Assembly: GCA_001662655.1 (NCBI GenBank)
Contig: KV460209.1
Origin: Pseudogymnoascus verrucosus
Lineage: Eukaryota
Direction: 5' to 3' (one strand)
DNA: 64,000 bases
Shown here: positions 13,439 through 25,947 of the stretch, one piece after another
Position numbering within the stretch: the stretch's first letter is position 1
Layout of the letters: every line of letters starts with the position of its first letter
Position numbers and translations under genes: made by a program
The notes under the pieces: model-generated
The model's input: only the letters and a program-made list of their open reading frames with translations
Database searches by the model: none
What the model was told of the DNA's origin: nothing

Positions 13439-14206
13439 ATGCCCAACTTCCTCGACACAATCAAGCGCTCCTTCGTTGACGTTACTGTCAACAAGGACAA
13501 GGAGAATGCCATCAACACCTCCGAATTCCTCGAGGCCGCCGAGTCCCTCACCACCCTCTTTGGTACCCCGCTCCACCGTTCCCCCAATCCGTTTCAGTTG
13601 CTGATACCCCATTTCTAGATGTTCTAGGCTCCGTGGCCTTCCAGCCCGTTAAGAACGACATGCTGGGCAACATCAAGGTATGAATTATCCCTTATTCGCC
13701 CCCGGAAGACATTCAAGATACTTACCCCGCACCAGAAAATCCGCGACCGCCAGCTCGCCGCCCCTCTCGAGTCCGAGACCCTCCAAGAGCTCGTCGTCAA
13801 CGAGCTCAAGACCAAGAAGCACGTCGCCACTGAAGGCCTGATCTGGCTCGTCCGGTTTGTCACCCCTCCCCTGGCCCCAATCCTAGGAACCGCGTACTAA
13901 CACCCGACCAGCGGCCTCGACTTCACCTGTATCGCTCTTTCCCAAAACGTGCAACTCTCCACAGAGGAACTCTCCGTCTCCTTCCGCAACGCCTACGGCT
14001 CGACCCTCAAGCCCCACCACAGCTTCCTCGTCAAGCCCATCTTCAGCGCTGCCATGTCGGCGTGCCCGTACCGCAAGGACTTCTACGTGAAGCTTGGGGA
14101 CGACCAAGAGGCGGTGCACCAGGGGCTGACGGTGTGGTTGAAGGCGCTGGAGACCCAGGTGGCTATTCTGAAGGGATTCCTGGATAGGCCAGAGGCGAAG
14201 TGGTAG
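13439..14206 (+). CDS. het-c2: Glycolipid transfer protein, HET-C2 family; 3 introns
   Basis: FLEAAESLTTLF|DVLGSVAFQPVKNDMLGNIK|KIR...ATEGLIWLVR|GLDF...AYGSTLKPHHSFLVKPIFSAAMSACPYRKDFY. Confidence 0.93.
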
Positions 14207-14880
14207 ATTGTGGGAGGGTGAGGGTGACGCGGGGGTGGAAAATTTATACTGGGAAGTGCTGTGATTAGCGGTAACGGCCTTAGCATATATATGAAGCAAT
14301 GAAAAGCACTGGTAGCTTGCATTTTTCGTCAGGCATGACCCATGATATTTTATTTCCATACCATCTCGTGCTCCGAAATCTATCCTCGCTCCAGGCTAAT
14401 ATCTATACAGGGCCCGGCAATGCATTTTTATAAGTCAAGAGTTTGTATTGAGTGTAATTCTGATGCAGGGGTTTGACTGTATGTCAACTAATTCCTAGAA
14501 AACTGTCCTCATAACCATGAAGCCAAACTCCTAATGATGCCAATTCCCACCAACTCCAGGCTAAGATTCATACTAAGCAAAGCATGAACAAGTATCCGCA
14601 GGACAAACAAACCACTGCCGTCGAAACTCAGATTGAGTAGTTTCCCTAAACACCGCTCGCATAGCCATGAAGCCAACCTCCTGACAATGCCCGCTTCTAC
14701 CAACTCCAGCGGCGCTGTTCATACCAAGCAATGAGCAGATGATCTGTTACAACGGAAGAAAACCATGATCACCGCGACTATCATCCAGCAGTTCTTGTAA
14801 TTCAACAACAATCGAGATCCCTCCAATGCTGCGCCCGTTTTTGTTTTCTCGTGGTCATAGAAGGCCCCCCGAGGGCCATT

Positions 14881-16472
14881 CTATTTAGGTTGGTCGTCAC
14901 AACTAGGATGTTGGCCAACAAATAGACTTGGCACGAAGTATTTCTCATTTTCCGCGGCGTAATCAAAGGCTGATTTACCCCGGGTATCCAGGATATCCAA
15001 ACTAGCTCCGTGATCGATGAGCAGCTTCGCGCTAACCAAATCATCCCGTCTCCAAACTAGCTCACAGCGAATATGTCTTGATTCATCCTCTGGTATGAGT
15101 GATACTCCCTGGCCAATGAGGCGTAGATCCGCTGTGGCCAAACTCTTCCTTGCTACTACATCGTGTAATGCAGTAGACCCTTTGATATTCTGCATGTTGG
15201 CCAACGCGCCATGGTCAAGAAGGAGCTTCAAAATGGCTGGTTGGATATTGTCTACCACAAGATGCAGACAAGTTCGGCCGTTATCGTCTTGCTTGTTGAC
15301 TTCAGCACCATGCCTAATGAGCAATTCCACCGTGTCTAAAACACCAAAAGCTACAGCGTGATGTAATGGGCTCCTGAAGTCTTCTTCGCCGGGCTCCGCA
15401 CTGATTCGTGCACCATGATTGAGGAGAAGCTTGGCTATACTTGAATCTGAATGGTCTACAGCCCTGAACAAGGGAGTTATTCCCATGTTGTCTTGTATGT
15501 TAATCGATGCTCCGTGGTCGAGGAGGAGCTTTGCTATGTCCAGATCTGGCCGTTCTATTGGATCCGGAAATATTGCGCATGGATCTGGCTGCTCTACAGC
15601 CCTAAACAAAGGAGTTATCCCCAGTTCGTCTCGTATGTTGACTGGCGCGTCGTGGTCGAGAAGTAGCTTTACAATAGATAGACTGCATTCTGCGGCGGCA
15701 ATATGTAAAGGGGTTGCTGAATGGATATCCATCGCTTCAAGATCTGCACCACGCTCAAGTAAAAGTTGTATCATGGAAATGCCGGTTTCGTTGCTTCTCA
15801 AACAGGCAAAATGAAGAGGGGTTCCGAAATAATCGCATATTTCCCAGCTAGCGGTTATATCAGAAGAATCGATATCAGCCCTATAATCAAGTAGGAGCGT
15901 AGCCATGTCCAGATCGCAATCGATATCAGCCCCGTAATCAAGTAGGAGCGTAGCCATGTCCAGATCGCCTTGATCAACAGCAATATGCAATGCAGTTGCT
16001 ACACGGACATTTGAGTTGTCCACGTCCGCTCCATTCTCAACTAAGAACTTCGCTACTTCAATATCACCCCTCTCTGCTGCTGCATGCAGTGGTGTACCCC
16101 ACTGACTAGGTGAATGGTCCACGTCAGCTCCATCCTCAAGAAGTAGCTTAGCCATAGCCACGCTTTTGGCAAAATGTAAAGGTCCAACTGGGGTTTCTGG
16201 CAGCAATTTCGAATCGGTATCATAAACCCCATTAATCTCCCTCGCGTCTGCGCCAAACTCGAGTAATAGCCTCACACCTGTTTCATAATCATCGCCGACA
16301 CATGATATTAATGCCGACCCCGAGTAGAACTGGACGTATGCTCATATAGAAACGAGAAGAGAAGTTGGTAGTTTCGTGCACTGGTCCCCATAAGTGAAGA
16401 AATATCCTTCTCCGTCTCTAATTGTCTGGCGATCAAGAGAAGTATCTCAGGCGGCAGTGTCGAGAATGACAT
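14881..16472 (-). pseudogene. F-box-like plus ankyrin-repeat protein with one frameshift at ~16336 (pseudogene or sequencing error)
   Basis: N-terminus MSFSTLPPEILLLIARQLETEKDISSL; restoring one base (cat ac gtc to HNVQFYSGSAL) joins it to a 464-aa frame with about 10 TPLH/LLxxGA ankyrin repeats. Confidence 0.8.
15867..15968 (-). repeat. 51-bp near-perfect in-frame tandem duplication within the ankyrin gene
   Basis: DLDMATLLLDYGADID followed by DLDMATLLLDYRADID; nucleotide period 51. Confidence 0.9.
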
Positions 16473-17088
16473 CTTCGAGAGGTTGGCTGAGGAGAACGAT
16501 AAAGGGTTGGAAGGGGTTGGAAAGGGCAGCGTGTTGCGGAGAAAAAGTAAGGAGCTGTGATGGCGAGTTTCGAGTACAAGCTTTGGTGGGGTTTTTGGTC
16601 TTTTGGTGACTATAAATGGATTCTCGAGTTTTATATCGTCGGGTGTAGATATTGAAGTATGAAAGTCACTCTGGCTTTCGACAGTGAATGTTGGGGGTTG
16701 TATTGACAAACGGAGACAAAGATAAAACGATCAATCAACAAACAAATGACGGCTAACGCATTCCATATCATGCTGGATTATCTATGGGCTGTCACGTGGA
16801 ATTATTCCTTCTTCCCGAATGAGAGAGTAATTTGATCTAGAACTTGAAGTGAATTGGTGAATTGGTGGTTATAACAGGGAGGATGGGGGTATATTTAACT
16901 GGTTAGGCTGCAATTTATTGCCTTGTATATTAGGCCACAATGAAACGAGATATCACCGACATGCGGCGTTTGCTTTTACGAACACACCAACAATGGATCT
17001 GGACGAGTTCATAAATAGAAATACTTCAATTTTACCAGGTTGACGTATTGTTAATTGGCAGAACGTTATTTTACCTAGGTGACGAGCT

Positions 17089-18629
17089 ATGGATTCTGAT
17101 AAGAATATGTACAAAAAGGACGTCGACTTCACAGAGTTGGCGTCCCAAGATGCCGAATTCAAGAATATGTAAGTGTGTTTCGATTACTATCTGCCAGTTG
17201 CAATACTTCATTTCAAAGCGTTCCAATTATTTCAAGCATCTCCACTAAACCTCTCCCCCTCAGTCTAAAGCCAAATGGCCAAGTTGATTTCAGCGACCCC
17301 GAATCCGTCCAACAACTCACCAAGTCCCTCCTAAAACGAGACTTTGGCCTGAAGCTCGACCTCCCACCTGACAGACTATGTCCCGCAGTTAGTATCCTCC
17401 TCCCTTAACACATACGCCCCCATCATACTCACAAAGCCCAGGTCCCAAACCGCCTCAACTACCTCCTGTGGATCCAGGACCTCCTCGATACCAGCACTCC
17501 CACCCCCTCTCTCGACGACACCCACGACCCCACCCGCCCCGTCATCGGCCTCGACGTCGGCACTGGAGCAAGTGCCATCTACCCCCTCCTCGGCTGCTCG
17601 CACTATCCGACCTGGCGCTTCGCCTGCACTGGTATTCCTTCCCACTCAACCCAACCCAAATTCCCAATGTCACGAGGAACCTAACAAACGCAGACACCGA
17701 CCCCCACAGCTTCACCTTCGCCCGCAAAAATATCACCCAAAACAACCTCTCAAACCGCGTTCGGCTTCTCCAAACCGAACCGGATGGTCCTCTGCTCCCA
17801 CTCGATGATTTGGGACTTGACACGTGAACTCTTCTCCCCCGTACCTCGACCATGTAAAGCTGATATATCCCCCAGAATCGACTTCACCCTCACCAACCCC
17901 CCATTCTTTACATCCCCTGCTGACCTTATTGCCTCCGCCTCCTTGAAATCCCGTCCCCCATCCAGCGTCTGCACAGGCGCACCGTCAGAAATGGTTACTC
18001 CCGGCGGCGAAACTGCGTTCGTCGCACGCATGATCGCTGAGTCTATCCCGCTAGGCCAGCGCGTAAGATGGTTCACGGCGCAGCTGGGGAAGTTGGGGAG
18101 CGTATCTACTGTGATTAAGGAGTTGAAGGAGAAAGGGGTGAAGAATTGGGCTGTGGGAGAGTTGGTCCAGGGACGTACGAAGAGGTGGGTTGTGGGATGG
18201 AGTTGGGTAGGATGGAGACCCGCGGTGCGGGTTGCAAGGGGAGCGGTGGGTGTGGCGGGGGGGGATCTTCCGTTTCCCAGCGAGGCGGTAGCTGTCAAGG
18301 TTGTAGTGGAAGCGGAGAAGGTGGGGAGAAGGGTGGATGAAGCTGTTGCGGGGTTGGGGGGGAAGTGGAAGTGGGATGCGGATGGTGGGGTGGGAGTAGG
18401 GTTTGTGGCGAGGAATACGTGGTCGAGGGCTGCGAGGAGGAAGGGAGGGGGTATGGAGGAGGAGGGGGATGAGATGGCGTTTGGGTTTAGGATTTATGTG
18501 AGGGGGGTGCCTAAGGAGGAGAAGAAGCCAGCAGAGACGGAGGTTGTGGTGAGATGGCTGAAGGGGGATGATAGCGTCTTGTTTGAGAGCTTTTGCGGGA
18601 TGATAAAGAGAAAGGTGGAGGCGCAGTAG
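17089..18629 (+). CDS. METTL16/RlmF-like (DUF890) RNA N6-adenosine methyltransferase; 4 introns
   Basis: QLTKSLLKRDFGL, RLCPA|VPNRLNY, GLDVGTGASAIYPLLG, catalytic NPPF, TPGGETAFV, WFTAQLGK, QGRTKRWVVGWS. Confidence 0.92.
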
Positions 18630-21600
18630 CGTCCATGTCGGTTTGTTGCTGAGCATACCCGAAAGAAATATCAACCCCACACTTATTCAGGGGAATAACT
18701 AAAACTGGCAAAGTTTCTTCTCAGGAATCTGAATTGCTAGTTTGCAATAATAGAACTTCCAGCCATAATATATTATCATGATGATAGTTAAATGCAGTTT
18801 CCAAGGGGTGGTGAGGTTTATTGTTCTCGTTTATAACTTATACCTTCAGATTGATTATTTTTTACGAGAAAAACGAGAAAAACGAGAAAATAAAATTCAA
18901 TAAAGCCAACTTTTATTTTTAATTGTATCTCTTCTACTACAATAGATTACTTATATAGAAACAATAATATCTATAACAAAATAATAGCTCTATATCGTGT
19001 GTTGGCACACGTAAACCCTCCTTGACCAGAAAATCTGGCCTCAGGGGTAATCTCATACCACGATTCTTAACACTCGTGCCGCACCCAAAACCTCACAGAG
19101 AATGTGCCGAAGCACCAACCGGGCCCCCAAAATGTCCTCAGAACTTACAGTCTACGCGGATGCCCCAAAACGTTGCATCGCAACCCATAATAACCATCGT
19201 GGCCAGACAACTGATTCTTATAGGCCATCTATTCCTATCAAGCACCACTATATCAAGGTTCCACTGCACAATCACCACCTCAACCCGCATCCACCTCTCC
19301 GCCCCCAAACCAGCTCAAACAAACAAGCTTCCCGTCATCCTGACACCTCTCCACCAAGCAAAAATAAGAACAAACCTACAGCTGCGACCCAAACCAACGC
19401 GACTCCACATGACCGAGCACGCCGACCACCACAGCTCACCCCGCCCCATCACGACAACGTGCAACACCGCCACCGCATCTGCAACTTCAGCTATCACGAA
19501 GCCATGGTGTGCGATACGAGGGCGTTTACTGCCCGGAGACCCGGCGATGAGGGTAGGAGTAAATCGCCTGTTAATTTCTATAGAATTTTATCAAGTCCTC
19601 CCTGGTACTATCAAGCCCTATCTGGTAGTATAAAGTCCTATCCAGTATCGTCAAGTCCCACCAGTCCTAGCACGCTCTCAAGTCCCAGTAGCACTGCCGT
19701 GCCACCTCTCAGTCCCAAGCGGAAGGAACACACATTACCTCAGCACCTCAGCACCCTCACACAATCCCCTCCAGCCCTCCGGAAGAAGATCCGACCCTCA
19801 TCACCGGAACTCGCACAGCAGAACAGACAAACAGACAACAGGCGTACATTACAAACCATTCCTCGCACAACATCAACGCCCCGACAACGGCACTTTCTGC
19901 CGAGACCACCGGAGGAGGGGAGGGCAAGATAGGGTGTGATTCAGCGCTGCGAACACAACGGCGCGCGGAAAGTGTCTTTCCGGCCAGCCTGGTGTGTGAC
20001 GGGAGTAGCGTGTCGGGATTTGGACTTGGGGACGCCGGTGTGCTACGAGGGGAGCTGGGGGGAGGGGTTTCAAAGGACAGACGGGGGGTTCCTTTGTGTT
20101 GGAACCCTCGGTGTTGGAATTGTGCGACGAGATGGTTTTGTGGGTGGTATTTCCGAGGAGGGGGATCGGGTCGCGCGAAAGGGGGGGTAGGGAAAAAGGA
20201 AAAAGGAAAACCTTCCGCTCGGGAGGGGTAAGCTCAAGCCGAGCCAGCGGATCGGGCTCACAGCATGACACTTTCCGTCTGGGAAGTTGAGATATGACAG
20301 AGACGTCGTAGAGTAGTCCTCATTTCCTTCCATTCCATCGCAGTCTCTCCCAACGTTCGTCGCGCGCACGCCCCCGCCCACGGGGCATGCCTTGTCGAGA
20401 ACGAGGACGCAGATCGAATGCACCACGGCTACGCGACCGCCAGCAGCAGCACCAACCATCGCGTCCCAACCATCCACCCCACTGTAGTCTCACCGCACCA
20501 CAGAGCTCGCCGGTGAGACCACTCGCGCAATGTCTCGGTCGCGCACACGTTCCCCTGCCTCGGAAACGGTGTGACGACAGTGCTGCATGGGAACGTGATG
20601 TCACGCCAATGGCGAGGGAGGTTGGGAGGGCAAGATAGAGAAGGAGGGGAAGGGGGCGAGAGGTCGAGAAAGAGAGGGGAGATAGGAGATGAGAGTTTGT
20701 AGATGAGACATACTATACCTCCGGTCCTGTACTCCTCCTGTTGTCGCACAGTACGTGACGTGAGGGGTGGTGGAGGGATTAGCTCTATCCCCGCTGGCAC
20801 CCGAGCTGGGCATCTGGCTGGCTGGGCCTCTGGATGGGCGGGCTGGAAGGTCTCAACGTCGTGCGATGATGGGAGGTGCCGTCCCACGGCCGCTACTGTA
20901 GCCTTACTCGCGGGACTCAGTTCCACGGAAACCCAGATCGCGTCGACCTTAGATGCGGGAGCTGGTCTCAGAGCTTACTCCGCGCGCTGGTCCTGCTCTG
21001 TCTCTCTCCCGCGAGACTCCGCGTGCGGTGCTGTGCGTGGTGTGCGGGCGGCGGGCGTGTGTCTCGAGAGCTGTCTCTGCGCTGTCTCGCTCACCTGCTC
21101 GATCGCGATGGGAGGGGGGACGGGGGGTGGTGCTGGTGTGACGATTGTGTAGCTGTGGGTTTCCGAGGGCGGTGGTGGCGGGTCTGCGGTGCTACTCTTG
21201 TGTCTCGGTCATGGACCTGCTGGTGGTGGGCGGGGAGAGGTCTGGATTGGTATCTGAACCTGGAGAGATAGGTCTTCGTGCCTGGCAGGTGTGCGCGCCA
21301 TTGGCTCTCGCCGCTGTTGTTTTCTCATCACCTTTTCCGATATCACCATCCCATCACGCCCGAATCCCTTTCCCCCCTTCCTCCCGGCTCAACCTTCCCT
21401 TCTTCCCCCCTTTCCGAGCTACTCCGAGCTATCCCAAGCCACACCTCCAAGCTCCCGAGCTTGGCCTTACCTTCCCAAGGTAAACGCAAGCTGCGGTGCT
21501 CTGTCCTTGTCCTTCGACCCGCTCCAACATAACCTCTGAGACAACGCCCACCGGCGGCCCCACCCGTTCCGTGCCCCATCCCCGCGGCGAACGGACGGCG

Positions 21601-22822
21601 GGCGCCGTTAGATCCCATATCACCATCCGCGATCGCGCCCGCCGGAGATGAGACAGCGCTACGAGCCGCTAGTGGATTTCCCAGTCAGTTGGTTGGACGA
21701 CATTGTACTCTTTGTATCCATTGTGGTACCGGTGACTATTCGGGACAAGTATAATAGTGTTGTACCACCCGCCCAGGACAGGATCGAACAGGGGGGTTTT
21801 GCAGCAAAGTATTGCATCAAGTACTCCATCAAGTATTTTGCAATTTTGTACTCTACGGTATCCAGTACTAGCTATAGCTATACTCTATACTCGAGGTACT
21901 CGACACCGCAGTTCTGGTTAGCGTATCACCACTAGCGCCCGAAGCAAGCGCACGGACTCCGAAGCCAATTGACCGGAGGAGCGTGACAAATACCTCTAGC
22001 AGTACAGGGGGCGGCGAGGCTGTTTTGGGGATAGACCGCGTGTGGGCGGCTGAGAGGCGGCAGGACGAAGATGGTGGTCAGGCTGAACAAATTTTATGTG
22101 GTAGGAAAGGGAGAAAAAAGGGGAGCGAAGGGTGAAAATGTGGTCTTTTTGAGGGAAAGGGAGGGTGTGAAGGGGGGCAAGATTAAGGGGACGGGGAGGG
22201 TTTGTGACCTTCTCAGTTCACCGAGCCCGAACTGAACTGGGCGACTCAACTGAACTCTCAACTGAACTGAACTGAACTGGACCAAGCTCTCCCCTTCCCT
22301 CCCCCTTTTCCTCCCTGCCGAACTCAGGGGGAAAAAAAAAACAAAACCAGCGCGCCCTGAGCCTCGCGCCCCTAACCCCCTTCCTCCCGCATCATCAGTC
22401 AGAAAACGACACATCCCCCCTCCCATCCCCTTCCATTCCTCACCTCCTCGCCGCCCCCCTACCCCCTGCATCGCATCTCTTCCACTTCCACACCTCCAAA
22501 CCAAGTCACCTGTTCTACGCGGCGCCACCTCCGCCAAGCCCCATCACCCCCATCCCCATATCCCCATCCAGCCTCACGGCGCCCAATTCATCGCGCTCCC
22601 CCGCCTCAAAACCACTAGCCCAGCCGCCTCCTCGGGGATCAGCAGCGCCATCACCGGCGCCCCTCTCCACCGACCGATGGATGGACAGATGCACGCACAC
22701 ACGCACCGACAGCGTCGATCGAGCGGGAGGAAGCTATGGGCGGGTATATGAGACATGCAGCCGGTGGCGGGGCGGCGACGTCAGGAGTGCTGGGACCTGG
22801 ACTAGGAGTGAGGTACTGGGAG

Positions 22823-22880
22823 TATTAACACTATTAACACTATTAACACTATTGGGACTACTAACAGTACTAACAGTACT
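22823..22880 (+). repeat. 9-bp minisatellite (TATTAACAC then TACTAACAG variants)
   Basis: tattaacac x3 followed by diverged copies. Confidence 0.8.
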
Positions 22881-25800
22881 AGCTAACACTACCAACACTA
22901 CTGAAACTACACCCACACTACCCCAACGCTACCAAAACTATCGCCTCCCCCCATCCATCACCACCGGCACCATCCCCAATCGAGACTCTGACGCCTCGCG
23001 CCTTGTGCGCGCCAGGCACGGGATCTCTTCTTTGGGATTTCGCGACTTCTCTCCTCTACTCTGCCCTGTACAAAGCCCCGGGCTACATGAACATCGGAGG
23101 AGAGGTGGGGTGCATGATCTTGGCTCTCCCCTTGGCTCTGCCGAGGAGGGAAATTAGGGATGTTTGCCTTACTTGGTCTTTGCGCGGGTAAGCGTGCTTG
23201 TACCTTACCTCGATTTCGCCTTGCATGCCCTTGCGAGTTACTGTATGTACTGTACTGCACGGTACTGGGCTGTAGTGTGCGCTGCTGTAGCTTGTTTCCC
23301 TGGAGAGCTGGTGCCGGCGCGGATCGGTTTAGATCGCGGTCTGCAGTACACAGTGGCGGCGGCGCTGTTTCGCGACGGACTGGATGGCGAAGGTTATTAT
23401 TACGCGCGCTGGGCTATGCTGGTTCAATCCAAGGACACCATAATACTACCCCCATAACACTACTACGAAAAGTACGCGCACGCACACTCCGCAGCACCAA
23501 CGCGCGTCATACCCAGCTCCCCTCCCCAGCAATCCGGAGCTGCTCCGCCTTGCACTTCCTCCCTCCTCCAGCTAACTGCCCCCATCAAGCAAACCCAAAG
23601 AAAGCAAACCCCGAGCGAAGCCCACAGCATACACCAGCAAGCAAGTAGAGAGGAGCCCCCCCCAAAAATACAGGCCTCAGCCACCCACACAGCCGGAGCT
23701 GTACCAATGGTGGTCCCACTGGCGGTACCCCAGCGGCACCGGCAGCACGTTCCTCCCCCCCGAACGCCACCCCTGCACGGCGCGGCAGCGGATCAGCTGC
23801 GCAGGGGTGGGAGGACCAGCAGGGCGGCGCTACAGGATGGATGGATGGGATGGGTGGCGGCGATCATAGGATGTGCGAGTATTGCATCCGAGTGTGTCTA
23901 TCCCGCACCTACAGTATCCAGCATACGGCATACGGCATCCATCCTGGTATATTAACGAATCCTGGTCTATAGTTTTATCCCAGTTCGTCTATTCGTACAA
24001 TCCCAACCAGCAGCTTGGATTGGTGTATACAGCTGTAAAATACTGTGCAGCGCTGCCAAGTCTGATACGTACCTCTCTCTCCCTTCTTGGCTTCTGTTAA
24101 TACAAATGAACTTCTGCGAGCTGCTTGGTTGGTTGGCGGACAGTGGCACATCGGCACCCAGGGAGTTGCGTGACGCACTATCGAATTGCGCATCCACCTC
24201 CTCCCTCCCCTGCCTCCTCCGCCTACCGGGGAGCGGAGCGGAGCGCGGAGCGGATAAATTGGGGGATAGATGAGAGCCGGTCAGGGCGGAGGTGGTTACT
24301 TACTTACCTGTATTTGGCTGTTGTAGGGGGGTATTATATCGTGCAGAAGTAGTTATCGTGCAGCAGTAGTAGTAGAGTAATCATTAGTCCAATTCTCGCA
24401 AAGTGGTAAAAAGTGGTAAAAAACCCCCCTACTGTATGTGCGTGATCTTGTTAGCCTAGCCCCCAATTTCTCCAGTTCACGCTGCTTGTTGGAGACGGCG
24501 GCGCGATCTAAACCGATCAAGCAGTCCAGTCGGCGGGGATCGGCGCGGGGAGAGGGGATGGGGGTGGGATTTTATTAGGCTCTGTTGTTGCTGGGGAGGG
24601 GGAGTGGGTTGTCGTACGAGTCGAGGAGAGGGAGGAGAGGAAGGAGAAGGGGGGATTTGCCTCATCACCTTCCCTCCCGTATAGAGAATTTTGCCTCTCT
24701 CTCTCATCCACAGCGGGAGACCGATCGACGCGCTCACGACGCGGTGATGGCATACAGTGCACAGTGCGCACGCATAGGAGAGTGCAGTACAGTGCAGTGC
24801 TCCAGACCCTCGCGTTGCACGACAGGAACCTCGTTCCCAAAACAATTAACCCACCTATCCATCATCTATCCATCCATCTACCACCCGCTGCACGCGCACG
24901 CACACACACAGAGTTCAAGCTCCGGCGCGGTCGGTAGGGTATAACCACCCACCCCATCCCGCCCCGTTGGCATTCCCGTGCCACCCCCCATCAGCGTTGT
25001 CGGCACCCCTGTTGATTCCCCAAGTAAGTAGGTAAGCTACGTAAACGAGTAGTAAGCACGAGTAGTACAGCAGGAACATGGAGTTGAATCCAACCAAGCT
25101 GGTTGATGATCAGGTCGGGCATTCACACCACCCCGTCTATCTATCTCTTTACTACTGTCATCCTCTCCTCTCCTCTCCTCTCCTCTCCTCTCCTCTCATC
25201 TATCGTACAATTCGTCTAGTAGGGCGGACTACACACATCCATTCGCGTCCACCTTCCCTCCCCCCCAAGTAAGCAAGCCCTCTCCGTCCTGACAGCCCGC
25301 CGCGCGCCCCACACACACGGAGGTAGACAGAAGACAGGGGTATGACCGTTGCTAGCGCGGAGGGGTGATGGATGGGGTTAGACGGGTTAAGGGATCGGCG
25401 CGGGGCTAGGGCTGTTTAGGGGGGATGGGGGACAGGGGTAGGTGTTGTGTGTGGTTGTGTACCATCCTCCACCACCCAGCTTCTTAAAAGTACAAATTAA
25501 CAGCATGCACACAACACACACACAACCCCAATCCAGACACCACAATCCCAATCTAGATATCCCGCCCTCCTAGACTCGAGCTGGCCTGCGACCTTTGTTT
25601 TTTTGTTTATGCAACACACCACATCGTCCTCTTTTGCACCCTGCTACTTGCGATTGGGAACTGACTGCTGCGTGATGGGGATGTACTAGGGTACGGTACC
25701 TAGCACACACGGCATGTAGTAGCTGACCGGCCGACCGGCGTGAGAATTTGATCGGCGCAGACTATCGGTCTACCTCCCTGTCCTCACCCCCCGTCTAGCT

Positions 25801-25926
25801 CGCGGCGGCGATCGATCGGGCGCTGGTGGGATTTGCTGGGTGTGTGGGATTTGCTGGGTACGGGGGGGGAGAGCGGGATTCCGGATTCCCGGATTCCTTT
25901 CCCCCTTCTGCCTTTTCTTGTGAGGG

Positions 25927-25947
25927 TTAGGTTAGGTTAGGTTAGGG
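25927..25947 (+). repeat. (TTAGG)4 microsatellite
   Basis: ttaggttaggttaggttaggg. Confidence 0.8.

Noticed and set aside
19022..19932. 203-aa and 276-aa ORFs on the + strand
   Set aside because: Low-complexity Pro/Ser/Thr/His translations, no recognisable domain and non-ATG starts; likely by-products of C/A-rich DNA
25927..25947. Telomere-like TTAGG repeats
   Set aside because: Only four pentamers among many microsatellites; not a TTAGGG array
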